The notes under the pieces were generated by a model. It searched no databases. It worked only from the letters and a program-made list of their open reading frames with translations, and was not told the origin of the DNA. This document shows positions 57,589 through 64,000 of a DNA stretch of 64,000 nucleotides, one piece after another. Origin of the DNA: Spirochaetales bacterium Spiro_02 (GTDB lineage: Bacteria > Spirochaetota > Spirochaetia > Sphaerochaetales > Sphaerochaetaceae); assembly GCA_001604275.1 (NCBI GenBank), contig LVBD01000038.1, positions 17,793 to 81,792 on the forward strand. Direction: 5' to 3'. Numbering within the stretch: position 1 is the stretch's first letter; the number at the start of each line of letters is the position of its first letter. Both the position numbers and the translations under genes were made by a program.

Positions 57589-59406
57589 ATGTCCAAAGAT
57601 TCACGTTTTACGCGAAATTTCTGCATCATCGCCCATATCGACCACGGCAAGTCTACGCTCGCCGACCGGTTCATTGAGAAGGCCCGTCTTGGCACTAGCC
57701 GTGGTCCTGCGCAGTCGCAGATTCTGGACAACATGGATATCGAGCGTGAGCGGGGCATCACGATCAAGAGCCAGGCCGTCACCATTCCGTATGTCGCGGC
57801 CGACGGCGGCGCATACGAGCTGAATCTCGTGGATACTCCGGGACATGTCGACTTCTCGTACGAGGTGTCCCGGGCGATCAGTTCCTGTGAGGGCGCGCTG
57901 TTGCTGATCGATGCCTCCCAAGGTGTCGAAGCGCAGACGCTCGCCAACCTCTATCTGGCGATGGAGCACGATCTGGAAGTCATTCCTGTCATCAACAAGA
58001 TCGATCTGCCGAGTGCCGATATCCCCTCCTGCCTTCATCAAATCAACCACGATCTGGGGCTCGACCCCGATTCGACGGTTCTTGTCAGCGCCAAGACAGG
58101 GGAGGGCGTGGATCTACTGTTCGAGCAGATCGTCAAGCTGATTCCTCCTCCGGCGGGAGATGTCGACGCTCCTGCCCAGGCGCTGATCTTCGATTCGCAT
58201 TATGATCCGTATCGTGGCGTCATCGTCCATTTCCGCTTGTTCCATGGATCGATCAAGGAAGGCGACGAAATTCTGTTCATGCACAGCAAGGCGACGCACA
58301 AAGTCGAGGAAGTCGGCATCTTCCAGCTTGAATTGGTTCGTACGGGGATTCTCCAGGCGGGAGACGTCGGCTATTTCATCGCAGGGATCAAGACGATCAG
58401 CGATATCCGCGTGGGTGATACAGTCACGCTTGTGTCGAATCCGGCGAAAGAGCCTCTGGCGGGTTTCAAAGATGTGAAGCCTGTGGTCTTCAGCTCCATC
58501 TATCCCGTCGATACCAATGATTACGAAGAACTCCAGGCCGCCATCGAGCGGCTGAAGCTCAACGACGCTTCTCTGGTATATGAGAAGGATTCCTCGGCTG
58601 CCCTCGGTTTCGGCTTCCGTTGCGGCTTCCTCGGGCTGCTGCACCTTGAGGTCGTCCAGGAACGGATAGAGCGCGAGTTCGATCTTTCGATCGTCTTCAC
58701 CAGTCCGTCCGTCAAGTACATCGTCCATATGAAGAACGGCGAGGTGCTCAATATCGACAATCCGTTGGAATACCCCGATCCGATGCGCGTCGAGTTCGTC
58801 GAGGAGCCGTACATCCAGGCGAACATCATCACCCCGACGACGTATGTAGGGGCGATCATCACCTTGTGCATGGAGAAGCGGGGCGTCCAGACCGGGATGA
58901 ACTATCTCGATGAGAAGCGGGTCGAGATGATCTATGAGATGCCGCTTGCCGAGGTCCTGTTCGAATTCTACGATAGGCTGAAGTCGATTTCGAGGGGCTA
59001 TGCGTCGTTTGACTACCAGGTGATCGGATACAGAAAGACCGATCTGGTCCGAATGGATATCCTGGTCAACGGTGAGCCCGTCGACGCCTTGAGCCAGCTG
59101 GTCTTCCGAGGAAATGTCCAGGCTCGCGGAAGGATGGTCTGTGAGCGGCTGAAAGACGAAATTCCCCGGCAGCAATTCAAGATTCCGATCCAGGCGGCTG
59201 TAGGGGGCAGCATCGTTTCAAGGGAGACGATCAGCGCTTTCCGCAAGGACGTAACTGCGAAATGCTATGGTGGCGATATCAGCCGTAAACGAAAGCTTCT
59301 CGAGAAGCAGAAGGAAGGCAAGAAGCGGATGAAGATGGTCGGTAATGTAGAGATTCCGCAGCAGGCATTCCTCGCGGTTCTGAAGAGCGACGACAAGAAC
59401 TCCTGA
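57589..59406 (+). CDS. lepA: Elongation factor 4
   Basis: RNFCIIAHIDHGKSTLADR, DTPGHVDF, and the C-terminal LepA-specific domain. Confidence 0.97.
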   Translation: MSKDSRFTRNFCIIAHIDHGKSTLADRFIEKARLGTSRGPAQSQILDNMDIERERGITIKSQAVTIPYVAADGGAYELNLVDTPGHVDFSYEVSRAISSCEGALLLIDASQGVEAQTLANLYLAMEHDLEVIPVINKIDLPSADIPSCLHQINHDLGLDPDSTVLVSAKTGEGVDLLFEQIVKLIPPPAGDVDAPAQALIFDSHYDPYRGVIVHFRLFHGSIKEGDEILFMHSKATHKVEEVGIFQLELVRTGILQAGDVGYFIAGIKTISDIRVGDTVTLVSNPAKEPLAGFKDVKPVVFSSIYPVDTNDYEELQAAIERLKLNDASLVYEKDSSAALGFGFRCGFLGLLHLEVVQERIEREFDLSIVFTSPSVKYIVHMKNGEVLNIDNPLEYPDPMRVEFVEEPYIQANIITPTTYVGAIITLCMEKRGVQTGMNYLDEKRVEMIYEMPLAEVLFEFYDRLKSISRGYASFDYQVIGYRKTDLVRMDILVNGEPVDALSQLVFRGNVQARGRMVCERLKDEIPRQQFKIPIQAAVGGSIVSRETISAFRKDVTAKCYGGDISRKRKLLEKQKEGKKRMKMVGNVEIPQQAFLAVLKSDDKNS

Positions 59407-59567
59407 CGGCGTTCGCGGCCTTGTCTGTTCCCGCGGACGCTTCTCCACCCATCGCCCGTCTCTCGAGCGGAGAAAGTTGCGATTGTCGGTTGTTTCGTCC
59501 GTTGCGGCGATGTATACTTGTTGACGTTGCGGCGCCGGCGGTTCCGGAGCCGGGGAGGATGATCGCG

Positions 59568-60608
59568 ATGGTTTCAAAACGGCCTTTCGGCACAACTTCC
59601 AATGGAGAGGACGTATATCTGTATACGCTGATCGCGGGGCAGTACCGTGCGGCGATCAGTACGTTCGGCGCTACGTTGCAGGCTTTCCATGCTCCCGATG
59701 CGAACGGATCCGTCAACGATGTCGTGCTTGGGTACGGCAGTCTGGAACCCTATGTCCGCACCACCACCTATTTCGGCATGACGATCGGACGATTCGCCAA
59801 TAGGATCGCGAAGGGGCGATTCACGATTGATGGCGTGGACTATCAGGTGGAGACGAACGATGGGGGGGTCAATAGCCTCCATGGCGGGAGAACCGGCTTC
59901 AGTTTCCGTGTGTGGCATGCTGAAACGTTCGAGGTCGGAGGAATGCCCGGGTTGATGCTGACGCTCCATAGTCCAGACGGGGACGGAGGTTTTCCCGGAG
60001 CGGTGACGGTAGCCACGAGCTATCTGCTCAAGGACAACGGAGAACTGGTCATCGACTATGAAGCGTCTACGGACAAGCCCACTCCGTTCAACATGACGAA
60101 CCATTCCTATTTCAATCTTGCAGGTGCTGCCGGAGGAGCCGTGCTGGACCATGAGGTCTGCCTGGCCTGCGACAGGTACCTGCCCGTAGACGCCGCATTG
60201 ATTCCCACGGGGGAGTGTCTTCCTGTGGTCGGGACTCCGTTCGACTTTACTACCGCGAAGCCGATAGGCCGGGATATCGGGACGGTCGGCGGCAAAGGGT
60301 ACGACCATTGCTTCGTGCTGGCCGATGAACGGCCGATCCTCAAGGAATTCGCCCGAGTCGAGGATCCAGTCAGCGGAAGGACGTTGACGGTCAAGACTAC
60401 CAAGCCTGCGGTCCAATTCTATACAGGGAATTTCCTTGATGGGTCGGAAGATGGTAAGGGGGGTGTCCGCTATGGCCGTCACGCCGGCTTCTGCCTTGAG
60501 ACGCAGTTCTTCCCGGACGGACCGAATCACAGGAATTTTCCCGATTGTATTCTCCGTCCTGACCAGACGTATCGGCATACGACCATCTATGCGTTCTCGA
60601 CGCGTTGA
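59568..60608 (+). CDS. galM: Aldose 1-epimerase (galactose mutarotase)
   Basis: Has ...NGEDVYLYTL..., RFANRI, NSLHGG and NHSYFNL motifs. The start is at 59568 (GGGGAGG 9 nt upstream); 59559 is also possible. Confidence 0.88.
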   Translation: MVSKRPFGTTSNGEDVYLYTLIAGQYRAAISTFGATLQAFHAPDANGSVNDVVLGYGSLEPYVRTTTYFGMTIGRFANRIAKGRFTIDGVDYQVETNDGGVNSLHGGRTGFSFRVWHAETFEVGGMPGLMLTLHSPDGDGGFPGAVTVATSYLLKDNGELVIDYEASTDKPTPFNMTNHSYFNLAGAAGGAVLDHEVCLACDRYLPVDAALIPTGECLPVVGTPFDFTTAKPIGRDIGTVGGKGYDHCFVLADERPILKEFARVEDPVSGRTLTVKTTKPAVQFYTGNFLDGSEDGKGGVRYGRHAGFCLETQFFPDGPNHRNFPDCILRPDQTYRHTTIYAFSTR

Positions 60609-60680
60609 CGGCGGCAGGTATTCTAGGGATTTGTCAGGCATGAATAGAAGCGGATTGATGTCGATGCACGGGGGAACCAG

Positions 60681-61298
60681 ATGAAGGAAGTCAAGATAAT
60701 CGGAATAACTGGAGGCTCTGGCTCCGGCAAGTCTACGATCGTGCGGAAAATCTCGGAAGTTTGTTCCGATTTCGTGTTCATTGCCCAGGACAGTTATTAT
60801 CATTCCGCCGAATTCATCAGCAACGAGAACATCACCGCATTCAATTTCGATCATCCCGATGCGTTCGACACCGAATTGCTGTACCAGCATCTGCTCATGC
60901 TGAAGGATGGCCGAAGCATCGACATGCCGCAATACGATTTCGTCCATCATAGGAGAAAGGAAGAGACTGTCAGAGTCGCTGCGCGTCCGCTGGTTATCAT
61001 CGAGGGGCTCATGGTGCTGTATGACAAGCGGATCCGTGAATTGCTGGATTTGAAGCTGTACGTCGATACTCCCGACGACATCAGGTTCATCAGGAGACTC
61101 CGCCGTGATATCAGCGAGCGGGGAAGAACCGCCGAGTCCGTGATCACCCAGTATCTGGAGGTCGTGCGTCCCGGTCATTACAACTTCATAGAACCGACGA
61201 AAGCATACGCAGACCTCATCATTCCGGAGGGGGGATACAACGAGAACGCGCTCCAGGTTCTCATTCCGTTCGTCAGGGAGTTGTCGATGGATCTGTAG
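60681..61298 (+). CDS. udk: Uridine kinase
   Basis: Has [22 protein letters not shown] and [12 protein letters not shown]. Confidence 0.93.
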   Translation: MKEVKIIGITGGSGSGKSTIVRKISEVCSDFVFIAQDSYYHSAEFISNENITAFNFDHPDAFDTELLYQHLLMLKDGRSIDMPQYDFVHHRRKEETVRVAARPLVIIEGLMVLYDKRIRELLDLKLYVDTPDDIRFIRRLRRDISERGRTAESVITQYLEVVRPGHYNFIEPTKAYADLIIPEGGYNENALQVLIPFVRELSMDL

Positions 61299-61647
61299 GC
61301 TGTTCTTCCTGTGTCGTTTCGTCGTCGGCTTCCACCGGTTTTTCTTTAATGCGTCGTTTTCTGAAAATGATGTATGGATCGCGGATTCGCTTCCAGGAGA
61401 ATTGTTCCGGTACAGGATCGGGCCCTCCCATGAACGCTCTGTTGCAGCGGAGTATCCTGGCGATGCCGAGGAGGAATCCTTTCAGAATTCCGTGCTTATG
61501 AACCGCGTCGAGCATATAGGCCGAGCATGTAGGGCTGTAGATGCAGGACGGGCCGAGAAACGGCGATATCGCGAATCGATAGATATGGACGGGAAGAAGG
61601 AATATGTTTCTGATCAGACGGCGGAAGCGGCCGGTTGAGTCTGCCAT
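61273..61647 (-). CDS. yidD: Membrane protein insertion efficiency factor YidD (with charged C-terminal extension)
   Basis: [32 protein letters not shown]. The ORF is trimmed to MADSTGRF. Its 3' end overlaps the udk 3' end by 26 nt (convergent). Confidence 0.8.
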   Translation of the reverse strand: MADSTGRFRRLIRNIFLLPVHIYRFAISPFLGPSCIYSPTCSAYMLDAVHKHGILKGFLLGIARILRCNRAFMGGPDPVPEQFSWKRIRDPYIIFRKRRIKEKPVEADDETTQEEQPTDPSTTP

Positions 61648-61822
61648 GGACGAAGAATAATATGAATCTTTTCCCGGTGCAATGCTTGACCGTCCGTTTC
61701 CTCTTTGATATTGTGTCGGAGCAATGAAAAAATCGTTCCGGGTATTTGACTTACCCGGTTGGAATACTGTATAGTTGACCGAACTGTGATATTTGGTCGG
61801 ATTCGATTGGAGGAATACGCAT

Positions 61823-61993
61823 ATGCCAGGCAATGTTTCAAAGAACGCACGACGCGAAGGTGAGAAGGTCTTGACCAGTCGCTGGGGTGGCGTCATCAAA
61901 ATGAAGTCCGTTTTCGAGAACGGCAAGCTTCGTCATGTCGCTTACTGCGAGAAGACCGGCAATACCGCCCGCAAGGCCAAGGACTTGATGTAA
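61823..61993 (+). CDS. Small basic hypothetical protein (56 aa)
   Basis: GGAGG lies 9 nt upstream of the ATG, and a strong terminator follows directly. Sequence: MPGNVSKNARREGEKVLTSRWGGVIKMKSVFENGKLRHVAYCEKTGNTARKAKDLM. Confidence 0.5.
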   Translation: MPGNVSKNARREGEKVLTSRWGGVIKMKSVFENGKLRHVAYCEKTGNTARKAKDLM

Positions 61994-62020
61994 CCGGGAC
62001 TGTCCTCGTCGATATGAAGG

Positions 62021-62047
62021 CCTGTGGTTCTCCACGGGTCTTTTTTT
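62021..62047 (+). terminator. Rho-independent terminator
   Basis: CCTGTGG-TTCT-CCACGGG followed by TCTTTTTTT. Confidence 0.75.
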
Positions 62048-62171
62048 GTGCATCCTTGCGATCGATGAAGACCAGGGTGTGTGCCCGATCAGCGCTTCCG
62101 GACCATATGCGGCATGATTGACCGCCATTCAAAATAGCCTATGGCCATATGGCGATCCTCATTTCGGATTT

Positions 62172-62226
62172 GTCATTTACTCCACGTCTCGTGGGGATCG
62201 CGGGGAAATGACGGTGGCTTTTTTTT
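62172..62226 (+). terminator. Nested stem-loops ending in an 8-T run (terminator/attenuator-like)
   Basis: GTCATTT (62172-78) pairs with AAATGAC (62206-12). CCACG (62182-86) can pair with CGTGG (62190-94) or, as CCACGTC, with GACGGTGG (62210-17). TTTTTTTT lies at 62219-62226. Confidence 0.4.
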
Positions 62227-62261
62227 GTTCCGATCGGCGTGTTCGCGATCTTGACTCAGTC

Positions 62262-62289
62262 GGCCCGGAGAAGATTCGTCGGGTCTTTT
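62262..62289 (+). terminator. Third hairpin plus T-tract
   Basis: GGCCCG, 12 nt, CGGGTC, then TTTT. Confidence 0.3.
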
Positions 62290-62416
62290 GTATCGTTCGA
62301 GCATCGGCGGCGCAAGCTGCGTATGGACGTTTTGCAAAAGCATGCAAAACGCGGAATAAATACGAAAATGATGGACTTTTGGTCTGAAAATGGGGTAAAA
62401 TGCCTTGTAATTTCTG

Positions 62417-62445
62417 TATCCAGTTTTTAGACTCTGTGATATAGT
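62417..62445 (+). promoter_or_regulatory. Extended -10 promoter candidate for the 5'-nucleotidase gene
   Basis: TGaTATAGT (62437-62445) with a weak -35 TATCCA 17 nt upstream. Confidence 0.4.
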
Positions 62446-62495
62446 AATTGTGAATACGTAAAACAACACATGATAACGTCATGAGGAGGAAACAC

Positions 62496-64000
62496 GTGAA
62501 ACGTCTTTCAAAAACTATCTCTGCAGCGTTGCTGGTTGCTTTGCTGGCTTTTGCCCTTGTCGGTTGTCAGAGTACCGCAAAGGCTGAGCCGGAGGCTCCC
62601 GTAACCGTTGAGGTTCCTGCACCGGCTCCAGTTCCAGCACCGGCTCCGGCACCTGTGGTAGAGCCCGCACCGGCACCGACTCCCGCTCCTGTCGAGGAAG
62701 TGGTGAAGGAACAGCCTGTCACGGCCAGATACAGCTATAATGGCTATCAGGTGACGGTCGAGTCCTATGATGGACAGGCGACAATCGTCTATCCTTCTTT
62801 CATCTCCAATGAAGAAGTGTCTGGCTTCGGGGCATATCTCGTCGGCCAGTACGGTTCTTGGCTTGATGGCGTGACGTTTGATATCACCGCGCCCGGTACA
62901 TTGTCCTTGACATACCCGAAGGGGATCAGCAAGGAAGACAGGGCGTATGCGATGGATGTCGCCGCCCAGACCGCAGTTGAATACGTGAAGGCCATGTTCC
63001 CCGTCGAATCGGCGAAGCCCGCTCCGGCTCCCGTCATGGAAGTTTCGAAAGAAGGCAAGCCCCTCACCGCTACCGTCAGCTATTATGGCTATCAGGTATC
63101 CGTGGAATCGTACGACGGACATGCCACTGTAACGTATCCGTCGTTCCTCACTGATGATGAGATCGCCGGTTTCGGTGCATATCTGGTCAAGCAGTATGGT
63201 TCCTGGCTCGAAGGCGTAACGTTCGAAATCGCCGCTCCCGGAACCTTGACTCTGACCTATCCGGCAGGGATCGGCAAGGAAGACAGAAGCTATGCGATCG
63301 AAGTCGCGGTTGATGCCGCAGTCGATTATATCAATGCTCTTGTGTCTCCGGTCGTAGAGAAGAAGCCCGCTCCGGCTCCCGTGGCCGCCGCTCCTGTCGT
63401 ATATCCGTATGGCGTTACGATGATCGACAAGAATGAGGATGGCGCCAGTGAGTTCGATCTGTTTGTAGTTCACACCAACGACGTGCATGCTCGCATCGTT
63501 CCCGCCGACGGCGGCATGGGATATGCGAAACTGGCGACGTTGCTGAAGATGGGCAAGTCGATTACTGACAACTGGCTGTTGCTTGATGCCGGCGATGTGA
63601 CCCATGGTACCAACTTGGCGAATATGTTCGAAGGCGAAACTGTGGGCGTGTTGCTCGACATGCTTGGTTACGACGCAGTCTCTCCCGGCAACCATGACTT
63701 CAACTATGGTACCGACAGACTGCTCGAGGCCGCCGAGATCGCGGAAGAGAATGGTTCCTTGAAAGTGCTGGCTGCCAACGTAGTCGATGACAACGGCTAC
63801 CTCCTGTTCCAGCCGTATCAGCTGTACGATTTCAATGGGTTCACCGTCGCGGTCATCGGTCTGACGACTCCTGATACAAAGACGAAGTCCCATCCGAAGA
63901 ATACGGAAGGTGTGGCTTTCATCGATCCTACCGATTCTTCCGTAATCGCTGATGCCCAGTGGGCGATCGATACCGCTCGTGAGCAGGGAGTCGACTTCGT
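62496..64000 (+). CDS. 5'-nucleotidase / metallophosphoesterase-family lipoprotein with duplicated N-terminal module (runs off the right edge)
   Basis: It is not in the ORF track because no stop occurs before 64000. GTG at 62496 has AGGAGGA 5 nt upstream (an in-frame ATG at 62481 is the alternative). Lipobox LVGC, Pro/Ala linkers, two roughly 108-aa repeats, then VVHTNDVHARI...DAGD...GNHDFNYG. The listed 461-aa minus ORF 62508..63893 is its shadow. Confidence 0.85.
   Translation, partial: MKRLSKTISAALLVALLAFALVGCQSTAKAEPEAPVTVEVPAPAPVPAPAPAPVVEPAPAPTPAPVEEVVKEQPVTARYSYNGYQVTVESYDGQATIVYPSFISNEEVSGFGAYLVGQYGSWLDGVTFDITAPGTLSLTYPKGISKEDRAYAMDVAAQTAVEYVKAMFPVESAKPAPAPVMEVSKEGKPLTATVSYYGYQVSVESYDGHATVTYPSFLTDDEIAGFGAYLVKQYGSWLEGVTFEIAAPGTLTLTYPAGIGKEDRSYAIEVAVDAAVDYINALVSPVVEKKPAPAPVAAAPVVYPYGVTMIDKNEDGASEFDLFVVHTNDVHARIVPADGGMGYAKLATLLKMGKSITDNWLLLDAGDVTHGTNLANMFEGETVGVLLDMLGYDAVSPGNHDFNYGTDRLLEAAEIAEENGSLKVLAANVVDDNGYLLFQPYQLYDFNGFTVAVIGLTTPDTKTKSHPKNTEGVAFIDPTDSSVIADAQWAIDTAREQGVDF
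62715..63383 (+). repeat. In-frame tandem duplication of a roughly 108-aa module (period 345 nt)
   Basis: Copy 1 (62715-63035) is PVTARYSYNGYQVTVESYDGQATIVYPSF...KPAPAPV. Copy 2 (63060-63383) is PLTATVSYYGYQVSVESYDGHATVTYPSF...KPAPAPV. Confidence 0.9.

Noticed and set aside
59574-61178. A 534-aa minus-strand ORF spanning galM and udk. Similar long ORFs occur at 2642..3772(-), 6989..8146(-), 10312..11370(-), 19878..21092(-), 22415..23329(-), 22989..23852(-), 33019..33906(-), 34266..35213(+), 37146..37895(-), 38674..39837(-), 40568..41239(-), 43131..43832(-), 44673..45686(+), 45828..46721(+), 46770..47600(+), 47024..47818(+), 50284..51381(-), 53167..54288(-), 56394..57353(-) and 58114..59175(-).
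   Set aside because: Each lies antisense to, or out of frame with, a gene that has unmistakable family motifs. Their translations are Arg/Gly/Pro/His-rich with no recognisable motifs, and one even crosses an intergenic gap. These are the typical shadow ORFs of GC-rich coding DNA.
62508-63893. A 461-aa minus-strand ORF, the only ORF listed for this region.
   Set aside because: The plus strand in frame with GTG 62496 encodes a lipoprotein signal peptide, a clean duplicated module and the DVHARI/DAGD/GNHDF metallophosphoesterase motifs. It is missing from the track only because it has no stop before the window end.

Overview
This is a moderately GC-rich, gene-dense bacterial chromosomal segment dominated by housekeeping genes. 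No rRNA, CRISPR array, transposase, integrase or prophage gene is visible.

Recognisable blocks, left to right:
- pta (5' end only), an MFS transporter, tyrA, mtaB, cysE.
- bioY and birA, divergent, with a textbook BirA operator between them.
- argS and a TetR-family regulator.
- rplU-rpmA-obg-nadD-yqeK-(lipoprotein)-rsfS.
- A minus-strand string: ABC importer (SBP, permease, ATPase), MATE efflux pump, AAC(3)-family fusion protein.
- A second ABC importer (SBP, fused double permease, ATPase).
- A hyper-acidic 91-aa ORF, pdxA, a lipoprotein, cobO.
- An orphan CpsB-type PHP phosphatase.
- AAA_21-type ATPase, RloB-like protein, 7TM-LuxR regulator, alpha/beta hydrolase, darA, lnt.
- gldA and an S41 peptidase.
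- gltX-glyQS-tyrS.
- A NitT/TauT-type ABC importer.
- gdhA.
- mtnA, mtaD and an acyl-CoA ligase.
- A SMUG1-like uracil-DNA glycosylase.
- ispE-spoVG-tRNA-Gln-ctc-pth-tilS-ftsH-lepA.
- galM, udk, yidD, a small basic ORF.
- The 5' part of a 5'-nucleotidase-family lipoprotein.

The gene order resembles Firmicutes or Spirochaetota, but taxonomy cannot be settled without a database search.

The most unusual locus is 28.5-31.3 kb. It has an AbiL/PARIS-style ATPase plus RloB-like pair whose catalytic motifs look degenerate by eye. That pair is translationally coupled to a membrane-anchored LuxR regulator and sits inside an otherwise housekeeping operon.

Other items worth a second look:
- The hyper-acidic small protein.
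- The AAC(3) fusion behind a MATE pump.
- An 11-bp x 5.5 tandem repeat with G-quadruplex potential just downstream of the gdhA stop codon.
- A pth gene that must start at a non-canonical codon.
- A perfect CRP-type palindrome upstream of gldA.
- Palindromes in the acyl-CoA ligase/UDG divergent region.
- A tandemly duplicated N-terminal module on the 5'-nucleotidase.
- A roughly 450-bp non-coding stretch with three hairpin plus T-tract elements.

Many long ORFs in the supplied track are antisense shadows of real genes and were rejected. All family assignments come from reading the translations by eye. No searches were run.
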